A stretch of 64,000 nucleotides of DNA from an uncultured Cytophagales bacterium. GTDB lineage: Bacteria; Bacteroidota; Bacteroidia; Cytophagales; Bernardetiaceae. Below the pieces are notes generated by a model. It worked only from the letters and a program-made list of their open reading frames with translations. It was not told where the DNA came from and did not search any database. The position numbers and the translations under genes were made by a program. The stretch is taken from contig CAVXHP010000006.1 in the NCBI GenBank assembly GCA_963761725.1, positions 509,534-573,533 on the forward strand. The letters are read 5' to 3'. Positions 31,592 through 41,037 of the stretch are shown piece by piece (position 1 is the stretch's first letter; each line of letters begins with the position of its first letter).

Positions 31592-31685
31592 TTTACTAGA
31601 TAGTTTTTGGTAATAAAATAATAAAAAAGAAAATAGCTTTTAAGTAAAAAATATTTAAATAAAACTATTTTCTCACTTATTGTAC

Positions 31686-32201
31686 TTACCCATTAAAAAC
31701 TTTGGTAAGATTAACACCACGCTGTTCGGCAACTGCTCTAGCATCACGCATACGCAATAATGCATCAAAAGTAGCACGAACTACGTTTCCTGGGTTATTT
31801 GAGCCTTGAGATTTAGCAAGTACATTTTCGATACCGATTGCTTCCAATACGGCTCTTGCTCCACCACCAGCAATAACTCCTGTACCTGGCGTTGCAGGCT
31901 TAAGCATTACTTTAGCTGCACCAAATTTTCCAATAATTGGATGAGGAATGGTTTGTCTGATGATAGGTACTTTTACTAAGTTTTTCTTAGCATCTTCTAT
32001 ACCTTTTTGAATAGCATCTGTTACTTCGTTGGCTTTGCCAAGTCCATAACCTGCTACACCGTTGCCATCGCCAACTACAACTAATGCTGCAAAGCTGAAA
32101 CGACGACCACCTTTTACTACTTTCGCTACACGGTTAATAGTAACTACTTTTTCTTTTAGTTCTATTTCACTCGCTTTGACGGTATTTACGTTTGCTGCCA
32201 T
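31686..32201 (-). CDS. rpsE: 30S ribosomal protein S5
   Basis: 171 aa: ...[38 protein letters not shown]... Confidence 0.92.
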   Translation of the reverse strand: MAANVNTVKASEIELKEKVVTINRVAKVVKGGRRFSFAALVVVGDGNGVAGYGLGKANEVTDAIQKGIEDAKKNLVKVPIIRQTIPHPIIGKFGAAKVMLKPATPGTGVIAGGGARAVLEAIGIENVLAKSQGSNNPGNVVRATFDALLRMRDARAVAEQRGVNLTKVFNG

Positions 32202-32223
32202 AATTTATTTGGTTGCAAAGGGT

Positions 32224-32580
32224 TTAGAATTGAAGTCCACCTTCTCGTGCGCCTTCTGCTACTGCTTTAATATTGCCATGATACAAGAAACCACTACGAT
32301 CAAAAACTGCTTTATCGATGCCTTTTTCTTTAGCACGTTCGGCAAGTTTACTGCCTACTTGTTTCGATAGTTCTTGATTGATGTTTTTCTCTGCGTCAAT
32401 ATCTTTGAGAGAAGCACTCACAAGGGTATGCCCATTTACATCATCGATGAGTTGGGTATAAATAGATTTATTGCTACGGAATACAGAAAGACGTGGTCTT
32501 TCGGCTGTTCCTGCTAATTTTTTACGAATACTGCGTCTAATACGTGTACGACGCTGACTCTTACGTGCTGTAGTTGCCAT
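32224..32580 (-). CDS. rplR: 50S ribosomal protein L18
   Basis: 118 aa: [30 protein letters not shown]. Confidence 0.9.
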   Translation of the reverse strand: MATTARKSQRRTRIRRSIRKKLAGTAERPRLSVFRSNKSIYTQLIDDVNGHTLVSASLKDIDAEKNINQELSKQVGSKLAERAKEKGIDKAVFDRSGFLYHGNIKAVAEGAREGGLQF

Positions 32581-32757
32581 GATACTAGTTTATTATAAAA
32601 TTTCTCAAAATAAGGAACACGAAGTTATCGTATCAAAATTATTGACCTACATTTTATTTAACTATTTGAAGTTTATTAAACTATCTAATAATTAAATTAA
32701 TTGTCTGACACTTATGAAAGTATCTAACAAGTTTTAAAGCAAACAATTTTTCAATGA

Positions 32758-33309
32758 TTATTTACCTGCGCTCTTACCAGCCTTACGACGAACCTGTTCG
32801 CCTACAAAGCGTACACCCTTACCTTTATACGGCTCAACTTTACGAAGAGAACGAATTTTGGCAGTAATGTGTCCGAGTAATTCTTTGTCGCTAGATTCTA
32901 AGGTAATTTTAGGATTCTGACCTTTCAGCATTTCAGCACTTACAGCTATTTCTTGCGGTACTTGCAAAAAGATAGCGTGTGAATAGCCTAAATTAAGTTC
33001 AAGGATTTGACCTTTCGCTTCTGCTTTATATCCAACACCTACAAGCTCTAAATGAGATTTGTAACCATTAGAAACGCCTTCCACCATATTTTGTACCAAC
33101 GAACGGTACAAGCCATGCATAGCACGAGTCTGTTTTTCTTCGTCTTTACGTTCGAAAATCAACTTATCATCTTCTACTTTCGCAGTAATTCTTGGGTCAA
33201 TCGTGCGAGAAAGCTCGCCTCTTGTACCTTTGACTTTGATGGTGTTTTCCGAAACGTTTATCGTTACTCCACTAGGGATAGTAACAGGGTTTTTACCAAT
33301 TCGTGACAT
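32758..33309 (-). CDS. rplF: 50S ribosomal protein L6
   Basis: 183 aa: MSRIGKNPVTIPSGVTINV. Confidence 0.9.
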   Translation of the reverse strand: MSRIGKNPVTIPSGVTINVSENTIKVKGTRGELSRTIDPRITAKVEDDKLIFERKDEEKQTRAMHGLYRSLVQNMVEGVSNGYKSHLELVGVGYKAEAKGQILELNLGYSHAIFLQVPQEIAVSAEMLKGQNPKITLESSDKELLGHITAKIRSLRKVEPYKGKGVRFVGEQVRRKAGKSAGK

Positions 33310-33468
33310 TTTCTATCAGATTTATTAGATAATTTAATTATTACATTTATAACTATACAGTAATCTTTGTTTTAAGAATTAGTTAAAACGTTTTTTACGA
33401 TATATGGTATAAATCAAATAATTAAAAGTCTAAATGAATTATACGAATTATATGAAATGAATGCAATA

Positions 33469-33867
33469 CTAATATACGTAACAAAGTACTTCTCCTCCTA
33501 CGCTATTTGTACGAGCTTCTTTGTCAGTCATAACGCCATGCGAAGTAGAAATTACAGCAATACCCAATCCATTGAGTACACGAGGTAATTCACTTGCCTT
33601 GCGATACTGACGCAGACCTGGCTTACTTACACGCTCTAAGTGTGTAATTGCAGGAGTACGAGTAGCAGGGTGATACTTTAATGCTATTTTGATAGATGCA
33701 CCTACAGGAGCATCAACAAATTTATAGCCTTGTATATAGCCTTTATCATATAATATTTTGGTCATTTCCTTCTTCAATTTTGAAGCTGGAACTTCCACAA
33801 TTCTATGATTAGCTTTGATTGCGTTTCTGAGTCTAGTCAGATAGTCTGCAATAGGATCCGTTGTCAT
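33469..33867 (-). CDS. rpsH: 30S ribosomal protein S8
   Basis: 132 aa: [16 protein letters not shown]... Confidence 0.9.
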   Translation of the reverse strand: MTTDPIADYLTRLRNAIKANHRIVEVPASKLKKEMTKILYDKGYIQGYKFVDAPVGASIKIALKYHPATRTPAITHLERVSKPGLRQYRKASELPRVLNGLGIAVISTSHGVMTDKEARTNSVGGEVLCYVY

Positions 33868-33988
33868 TCCCTCAAGGTTTGTATTCAGGAAATATGAAAA
33901 AAGAACTTAATTTTTTATTCCTTTTTATCGCCTAAATGTTGTAAAGGTTCTAAAGAATTCGAAATTATTCTAGTTCTTGTAAAAATTA

Positions 33989-34276
33989 TTACCAGCTTGA
34001 TTTGGTAACGCCTGGTATTTTTCCGTCATTTGCCATTTCTCTAAAAACGACACGACAAATACCAAAACGGCGCATGTAGCCACGAGGGCGACCCGTCAAA
34101 CGGCAACGATTGTGCAAGCGAACAGGAGAAGAATCTTTTGGAAGTTTGTCAAGAGCAATTTGTGCCTCAACATCTCCGTCCTTTGCCAATTTTTTGAGTT
34201 CTGCACGTCTATCAGCGTATTTTTCCACCATTTTCTGGCGTTTACGCTCACGTGCAATCATCGATGATTTAGCCAT
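33989..34276 (-). CDS. rpsN: 30S ribosomal protein S14
   Basis: 95 aa: [21 protein letters not shown]...[18 protein letters not shown]. Confidence 0.88.
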   Translation of the reverse strand: MAKSSMIARERKRQKMVEKYADRRAELKKLAKDGDVEAQIALDKLPKDSSPVRLHNRCRLTGRPRGYMRRFGICRVVFREMANDGKIPGVTKSSW

Positions 34277-34483
34277 AATGTATGATTGACTTAATTTGGA
34301 TTTGAACTTTATTTAATTTGAACGTTTTATTAACTTTCTGCTCTGAAACGATACTTAGTAAGTTTCTATTTTAATATTATTCTATTAGGAATAACTTAAA
34401 GTAGTTTTAGTATAAAAATATAGAATCAAATGAAGTCAGATTTGTTCAAAATTGATTGAATCCAGTAGTTACGTTTAGTTGAA

Positions 34484-35029
34484 TTAACTACGAAACGGCA
34501 TACCTAATTCTTTCAAAAGAGCCAATCCTTCTTCATCAGTTTGAGCAGAAGTAACAAATGTTATATCCATTCCTGTAATCTGCTTGACTTTGTCAATTGA
34601 AATTTCAGGGAAAATAATTTGTTCTTTTACGCCCAACGTGTAATTACCACGACCATCAAAGCCTTTATCGCTAATACCTTTGAAGTCACGTACACGAGGC
34701 ATTGAAACTGTTACCAAACGATCTAAGAATTCATACATCTGATCGCCTCTAAGCGTTACACGTACACCAATCGGCATATCTTCACGAAGTTTGAAGTTCG
34801 AGATAGCCTTTTTAGAATAGGTAGGTACGGCACGTTGTCCAGCGATAGTAGAAATTTCTTCTACGGCAGTATCGATGAGTTTCTTATCTGAAACAGCTTT
34901 TCCAACTCCACTATTAATACAAATTTTTTGCAAACGAGCCACTTGCATAACTGTTTTGAACTCAAATTTGTCTTTAAGAGCAGGAACTACTTCATTGAAG
35001 TATTTTTCTTTTAAACGAGGTGTTGCCAT
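34484..35029 (-). CDS. rplE: 50S ribosomal protein L5
   Basis: 181 aa: [22 protein letters not shown]. Confidence 0.9.
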   Translation of the reverse strand: MATPRLKEKYFNEVVPALKDKFEFKTVMQVARLQKICINSGVGKAVSDKKLIDTAVEEISTIAGQRAVPTYSKKAISNFKLREDMPIGVRVTLRGDQMYEFLDRLVTVSMPRVRDFKGISDKGFDGRGNYTLGVKEQIIFPEISIDKVKQITGMDITFVTSAQTDEEGLALLKELGMPFRS

Positions 35030-35032
35030 AAC

Positions 35033-35377
35033 TTAAATAATTTCACCACTTTTTTTAGAATAACGAACAAGTTTACCAGTTTTTTCATCTTTCTTGCGAC
35101 CTATGCGTGTAGCTTTGCCAGATTTGACATCTACATGCGATACGTTGCTGATGTGAATAGGAGCTTCCATTTCGATGATACCACCTTCAGGATTGTTAGC
35201 AGAAGGTTTAATATGCTTCTTAACCATATTGATTCCTTCTAAAATAACACGTTGCTCACTTACTCTTACTTCAATAATTGTTCCTTGTTCGCCTTTGTGG
35301 TTGCCCGCAATTACGATTACGTTGTCGCCCTTCTTTACGTGAAGTTTGACTGGTTTTTGAGTGTTTTTCTTTTTCAT
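35033..35377 (-). CDS. rplX: 50S ribosomal protein L24
   Basis: The KOW motif is [22 protein letters not shown]. The ORF-track call to 35455 is an N-terminal over-extension; the real start is MKKKNTQKP at 35377. Confidence 0.85.
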   Translation of the reverse strand: MKKKNTQKPVKLHVKKGDNVIVIAGNHKGEQGTIIEVRVSEQRVILEGINMVKKHIKPSANNPEGGIIEMEAPIHISNVSHVDVKSGKATRIGRKKDEKTGKLVRYSKKSGEII

Positions 35378-35598
35378 AATCCGTAAGGATTTGTACGTTA
35401 GGAAGAATTGTGAATTATTAATTATAAATTGTGAGTGTAATGCAAATAAATACACTACTATCTCAACCTATTCATTTTATCAAAATCCTTTTCCTTAATG
35501 TTTAACACTTAATAATTTAAAGAAGACTTAATTTAATTGATTCTTGTAACTAATTATTTTATTGCATTCACAATTTATAATTCACAATTCACAACTAT

Positions 35599-35967
35599 TT
35601 ATAGTACTTCGGGAGCTAAAGAAACAATTTTCATGAATCTTTTATCTCTTAGTTCACGAGCCACAGGTCCAAAAATACGAGTACCACGAGGCTCATTTTG
35701 AGCATTCAATAGTACGGCTGCATTTTCTTCAAAGCGAATATATGAACCATCTTTGCGGCGTATCTCTTTTTTGGTACGCACTACGACTGCTTTCGAAACT
35801 GCACCTTTCTTGATATTTCCAGAAGGGATAGCAGACTTAACAGAAACGACAATTTTATCTCCTACAGAAGCGTAGCGTTTTCCTGTTCCACCTAATACAC
35901 GGATACATAAAACTTCTTTAGCTCCAGAGTTGTCAGCAACTGCTAAACGACTTTCTTGTTGAATCAT
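35599..35967 (-). CDS. rplN: 50S ribosomal protein L14
   Basis: 122 aa: [27 protein letters not shown]. Confidence 0.92.
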   Translation of the reverse strand: MIQQESRLAVADNSGAKEVLCIRVLGGTGKRYASVGDKIVVSVKSAIPSGNIKKGAVSKAVVVRTKKEIRRKDGSYIRFEENAAVLLNAQNEPRGTRIFGPVARELRDKRFMKIVSLAPEVL

Positions 35968-36227
35968 CGCTCAATAATAATTAGAGAGTGAAACGATGTG
36001 CTACTAAAATTGACTATCAAATGAATAATCAAAAAAAGTAACGTTATTTTTAGATTGTTTTGCTTAAAGAATCAATTACGAATTAAAGATTACGAATTAC
36101 GAATGCAATACATATTATTAATGATTTGCAGTACTGAAGATGTATATCTTAAATTAATTCTCAAATTAATTTTTAAATTAAAACTAGAACTACTTTTTGC
36201 TGTATCTTTTAATAAAAATAAATACAA

Positions 36228-36506
36228 TTACTTAGCACGTTCTAAGATTTCAACCAAACGCCAACGTTTAAGTTTACTCAATGGTCTTGTTTCCATAATA
36301 CGGACACGGTCGCCAATGTTAGCAGTATTGCCTTCATCGTGAGCCATAAACGTAGAAGTTTTCTTTACAAACTTTCCGTATAATGGGTGTTTTACTTTAC
36401 GCTCTACCGAAATAGTGATTGTAGATGTCATTTTATTACTTTTGACAATCCCAATACGTTCTTTACGGCTTTTGCGTTCAAGTTTTTCTGTTGGTTGTTG
36501 TTCCAT
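36228..36506 (-). CDS. rpsQ: 30S ribosomal protein S17
   Basis: 92 aa: ...[32 protein letters not shown]. Confidence 0.88.
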   Translation of the reverse strand: MEQQPTEKLERKSRKERIGIVKSNKMTSTITISVERKVKHPLYGKFVKKTSTFMAHDEGNTANIGDRVRIMETRPLSKLKRWRLVEILERAK

Positions 36507-36553
36507 AGTCAGAATACTGTTAGAAATAATTACTTTAATTTAATAAAGTGTAA

Positions 36554-36766
36554 TTACTTAGATTTAGCAATTTTTCGTGCTGTTTGTTCAGTTTTTAGAC
36601 GAGCGACCATACGTTTTGCATCTCTGATACTTGAAGGGTTCTCAATTTGAGAAATAGCATGGCTAAATTTCAAGCGTTGAAGAGCAGTTTGTTGTTCACT
36701 AATTCTGGCAGTAAGTGCCGAATCGTCCAATCCTCTGATTTCGTCTTTTGTTTCTTTAATTGTCAT
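36554..36766 (-). CDS. rpmC: 50S ribosomal protein L29
   Basis: 70 aa: MTIKETKDEIRGLDDSALTARISEQQTALQRLKF. Confidence 0.85.
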   Translation of the reverse strand: MTIKETKDEIRGLDDSALTARISEQQTALQRLKFSHAISQIENPSSIRDAKRMVARLKTEQTARKIAKSK

Positions 36767-36972
36767 GACTTTATGAAATTTGGGATAAAATTAAGATAAT
36801 TACCTAAAACAATTGCGAATTACGAATAATAATAATACGAATTAGCAATTTATAATTATTAAGTTATTTACAAAGTAATTAATTTAATAAAATTTTGTTT
36901 CTTAATCATTGTAACTAAAAATTAAACGATATACTAATTTTGAAAAAAAATAATTGATATTCAATGTATTAA

Positions 36973-37003
36973 ATTCGTAATTCGTAATCTTTAATTCGTA
37001 ATC
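36973..37003. repeat. AATTCGTAAT direct-repeat cluster (family E) in the rplP-rpmC spacer
   Basis: ATTCGTAATTCGTAATCTTTAATTCGTAATC. The same 31-mer occurs reverse-complemented at 36074-36104 (rpsQ-rplN spacer). Related copies (CGTAATTTTTAATTCGTAATT) are at 28164-28184 and 59038-59058, and GCGAATTACGAATAATAATAATACGAATTA is at 36814-36843. Confidence 0.8.
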
Positions 37004-37014
37004 ACTCCTTAGAT

Positions 37015-37440
37015 TTATGCTTCGTAATCAATACGAGTTACAAACTTAGTTTTGATTGGTAATTTCTGAGCTGCAAGACGCAATGCCTCTTGAGCTGTTT
37101 GTGTATCTACACCCGAAATTTCAAAAAGCACTGTACCTGGTACTACAGGAGCTACCCAATATTCAGGAGCACCTTTACCCTTACCCATACGAACCTCTGC
37201 AGGTTTTTTGGTAATTGGTTTGTCAGGGAAAATGCGAATCCAGACCTGTCCTTGACGCTTCATTGCACGAGTAACGGCAATACGAGCAGCTTCAATTTGA
37301 CGTGAAGTAATCCACGCTGGCTCCAAGGCTTTGATACCGAAATCACCAAAATCCACCAAAAAACCACGTTGAGCAATACCTCTAGTACGACGTACTTCTT
37401 TATGACGTTTACGAAACTTGGTGCGCTTAGGCTGTAACAT
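37015..37440 (-). CDS. rplP: 50S ribosomal protein L16
   Basis: 141 aa: [21 protein letters not shown]. Confidence 0.92.
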   Translation of the reverse strand: MLQPKRTKFRKRHKEVRRTRGIAQRGFLVDFGDFGIKALEPAWITSRQIEAARIAVTRAMKRQGQVWIRIFPDKPITKKPAEVRMGKGKGAPEYWVAPVVPGTVLFEISGVDTQTAQEALRLAAQKLPIKTKFVTRIDYEA

Positions 37441-38244
37441 AACTCCTTTTGCGTTTAATGGTCTTTAAAAAGATAAATTTGAAAATGATTTTTGAGAAGA
37501 ATAAATAATTGAATTATGAATTAATCTTTAAAAATCAAATCGTTTCAAAATATCAATTATGAATTGCACTTTTTATTCTTTCCTTAAACATATTAGAAAA
37601 TGAACAACAAAAAAAGTTTTCTTTTAAAGAATAAACTTCGGATTAGGAAATTATTCTTTTCAAAAAACTTAAATTAATGTAGCTCTTTCTACAATGAGTA
37701 AAAGAAGTAAGATTAAATTACGCTTTTCAAATCCCTTAGTAAGATGCTGCGAAAGATAGAATAAATCTTTTTCGCACGTAGTGGATTCTTTCTCAAAAAA
37801 TTCATTTCTGAAATTACTAAAAAGCAATTTCATTAATATATTCTAGTCGTTTTGATATTATAAAGATATTATAAAATAAAGAAAACGATAGAAAAGCGTT
37901 TTGAAAAAGGACTTGTACGCAAATGAACAATTTATTTATTATCAAGTAACTTGACAATAATTTGTTCACGTATAGTATCCTTTAGGGAATGCAAAGGTAC
38001 AAATAATTTACAGACTTCCAAATACTTTCTATAAAAACTCTCAATTATTTTCAATTTTCTTTTTTAGTTGGAACTTTTTTGACAAAATGGTGAAATATAT
38101 TTTCTTTAATTTCGGTTTGCCGTTACCCAAATTTTGTGATTCGTTTTTAATTTATCATAGTTCAGAATGTTAAAATTTAGTTTTTTGTCTCTTAGTGAGC
38201 ACTATCTATAAATATAGGGTAATGATAGAAATAAATTATTCGAC

Positions 38245-38481
38245 TTGAAATTTATTCTATTTAGTGTGACAGAATTTTATGATCCTTATGAAAATGCAGT
38301 TGCAGAGCGTGTAAATGGCATCTTAAAACAAGAATTTTTACTAGAAACTCAACAATTTTATTTGACTTGGATGAAGCAACTAGTGCAACAAAGTGTCCAA
38401 ATATATAATCAAGAAAAACCCCATTTTTTTTATATATGCAAACACCAGAGCAAACACATCAAGAGGAAAACATTCAAATAA
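38245..38481 (+). mobile_element. Remnant of an IS3-family (rve integrase-core) transposase C-terminus; a pseudogene fragment
   Basis: ...YENAVAERVNGILKQEFL...VQQSVQIYNQEKPH matches the conserved C-terminal end of DDE/rve transposases (N..AE..N.TLK.E......YN..RPH). The N-terminus and terminal inverted repeats are absent. It lies where rpsC and the genes upstream of it would be expected. Confidence 0.55.
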
Positions 38482-38727
38482 GAACCTATAAAAAAGAAAA
38501 ATCAGACAATCTCAAGACTGCCTGATTTATATTTAATTTATCTAAAAACCTGTAACACTATATTCAGGACGAGACTTTAACACATATAATTCACTCGGCA
38601 GAGCCAAGCCTTTAGGTTTGTAGTAGATAAAATAGATGTCGTTTTTTATCTTCCGAAGACGGCAGAGGTTTCACTTATATTTTAAGAGGAATAGCAGGAA
38701 AAAATAGTTTAAGGTTTAAAATTATTC

Positions 38728-39633
38728 CTACATTTTTTCGAATACTAACCTATAATGATCCATAATTTCTTGTTCGAAACATACTCTATTTGGACTAATT
38801 CTAAATATAGCAACTTGATGTTGAAATTCTTTATTGGTTAAATATTTTGGAATAAGAGAAAGGTAAAGAAGGTATTTTTTGAAATTAAATTCTCTAAATT
38901 TCTTTCTCCATTGCCCTATCGTTTCTATATAATCCAACCTTCCACTACTTTGTGAGATTAATTTGAATTTAGGTTCAGCATTTCTAATTACCATTTCATG
39001 ACCATAAGGAAGCCAAGAACCAGGGAATTGTTTGACCATTAGTTCACAGACATAGGCAGCCGAATCTTTTGGCGCATTAATATCAAAATCTTCAAAACCG
39101 ACCATGTTTTTGCTAAATGTCATGGTTTGCATGTAAAATCGTCCTCCTATGGCAAGTAAATCATAGATAGTTTTAAAGAAATCAGCATAGATTTGTTCTT
39201 GTTTTCCTGCTTGCCATTCTTCTACTGAACAAAAATGCTCTAAACCACCAATACAACTAATCGCATCAAACGTTCCATAATCCTCAGGCTTTATATAGCG
39301 ACAATCTTGTACAATTACATTTAATCCATTTTTTTGACAGGCTTCTGCTTGTCCTTCAGAAAGTGTCAAGCCCATTACAGTTGCTCCTCTTTCATTTTGG
39401 ACATACGTACAGAACGGACCCCAACCACATGCCATATCTAAGACTTTGCTGCCTTCTTTGATATTTAAGCTGTCAGCAATAAATTTGTGTTTTGCTTTTT
39501 GAGCCTCTTCAAGAGACATAGAAAAATCTCCGTCATATTTAGCACCACTATAATCACCTGTTTCACCCATACTTAGACGAAAAATTTCATCAATCGTAGA
39601 GTAGGTAAAATCTAAATCACTTTTTACAGCCAT
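38728..39633 (-). CDS. Class I SAM-dependent methyltransferase, cyclopropane-fatty-acyl-phospholipid-synthase-like
   Basis: Motif I is SKVLDMACGWGPFCTYV, with downstream CIGGLEHF and GGRFYMQT typical of CFA-synthase/mycolic acid methyltransferase folds. Confidence 0.65.
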   Translation of the reverse strand: MAVKSDLDFTYSTIDEIFRLSMGETGDYSGAKYDGDFSMSLEEAQKAKHKFIADSLNIKEGSKVLDMACGWGPFCTYVQNERGATVMGLTLSEGQAEACQKNGLNVIVQDCRYIKPEDYGTFDAISCIGGLEHFCSVEEWQAGKQEQIYADFFKTIYDLLAIGGRFYMQTMTFSKNMVGFEDFDINAPKDSAAYVCELMVKQFPGSWLPYGHEMVIRNAEPKFKLISQSSGRLDYIETIGQWRKKFREFNFKKYLLYLSLIPKYLTNKEFQHQVAIFRISPNRVCFEQEIMDHYRLVFEKM

Positions 39634-39966
39634 TTTTATATTATTTTATTTTTTGAGTTGTCATGAAGAAATCGCACGTTGTAAAATCAACACAGGCTAA
39701 TAGACCGACAAAAATAAAACAGGTAGATAGATTTGTGATGTATGCGTTTGTTAGTGAGTATAATGAAAATCCGAAACACAACACTAAACAACAATTTTGT
39801 GGCAATACTAACAAGAACGTCTAAAATTCTTTCTAAAGCAAAAGCCTATCAATTCCCACATGTTTTTTAATTCAAAAAACGACTGTATTTATAGGTTAAA
39901 GGCTTACCTTTAACTGCATTTTAGTGTTTTTTGAACTGAAAAATGACTGTATAACAAGTCAAACAG

Positions 39967-40653
39967 TTATTCTTCTTGATATTCAAACGATTTATTCAAA
40001 TCCTCAAAATTGATTTCTCTATCTAAAATACTATATAATTCAGTTCTTGAAAGAAGTCCTATTTTGCCCTCTTTTTCTGTTACTTCTCGCTCATATATTT
40101 CTGTCAGTATTTCAACATAGTGGATTGGTAAATATTTTTTGTGAGTGGAAAGTTGGTTTTCTATATTTTCTTTAAAATCTCCATCCATAATCGAACCTTC
40201 ACCACGCAGTTTTACTACACAGCCAAGCAGTTGTCTGAAAATAAAATCCTCTAAGTTTTTTGCTAGAATAGTTACTTTGTTTGCATCAGGAAAAACTAAA
40301 ACTATTGATGAAATTTGTTTTTCTCTATTAAAATAAAAGCAGTACAAATCTCCAACTCCTGTTTGTGCAAAGGGTACAAAACTAGTGCGAAATTCTTTTT
40401 TAGTTTGTGGATAACTATCTTCATCTAAAAAATAGTCCATTTCTTCAATAATCTCTTCCACCGAAATAGCTTCAAAATCATGTCCAAATAATAGTAATGG
40501 AGGATTTTCTTTTAGTTTGTAAAATTGAGTATGATACCAATCAGGACTAGCTAAACCCCAATCTAACATATTATCTTTCAAAAGTGCATGATAAATATCA
40601 GGGTAAATAAAATTATATTTATTTTCTAGTTTTTTTGCTATTTCTAAATTCAT
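39967..40653 (-). CDS. SMI1/KNR4 (SUKH-1)-like protein, a candidate orphan immunity protein
   Basis: 228 aa. The central motif FVPFAQTGVGDLYCFYFNREKQISSIVLVFPD...AKNLEDFIFRQL fits the SUKH-1 pattern (aromatic, G.GD.YCF, then .F.eF..ll). No signal peptide. Confidence 0.45.
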   Translation of the reverse strand: MNLEIAKKLENKYNFIYPDIYHALLKDNMLDWGLASPDWYHTQFYKLKENPPLLLFGHDFEAISVEEIIEEMDYFLDEDSYPQTKKEFRTSFVPFAQTGVGDLYCFYFNREKQISSIVLVFPDANKVTILAKNLEDFIFRQLLGCVVKLRGEGSIMDGDFKENIENQLSTHKKYLPIHYVEILTEIYEREVTEKEGKIGLLSRTELYSILDREINFEDLNKSFEYQEE

Positions 40654-41037
40654 TATGATTAGTTTTAATTATTATTAATAGGTTTGATATATTTATAAAG
40701 TGCGTAAGTTGTTTTTATTAAAATAAAAAATTAACGACGTAAAAAGTTAGGCAAATTACTATTATTTTGCTTTAAATTAGCAATTAGTTTTAGAATAATT
40801 TTGTAAATTGTATGTGTTTGTTTGTTGTTGGTTATCACAACGGAAAGCTGAAGTTAAAGACACAACAACGGCGTGTTTTTTTATGATTGTGGAAGACCAA
40901 CAAGAACGCAGCGTTCGCCCTATATTTTAGTAGGAAAGCACAAAAAAATAAAACTTTACTTTTTTCTATATCTACATTAAACCTTTACTTTTTCTTCGTA
41001 TCAAAAAGCCATAATATTCACATAAACTTTTTATACT

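Noticed and set aside
35378-35455. N-terminal 26-aa extension of L24 ([26 protein letters not shown]) in the ORF track
   Set aside because: It reads through an AT-rich spacer containing the ATTCACAATT repeats. The true start is MKKKNTQ at 35377.
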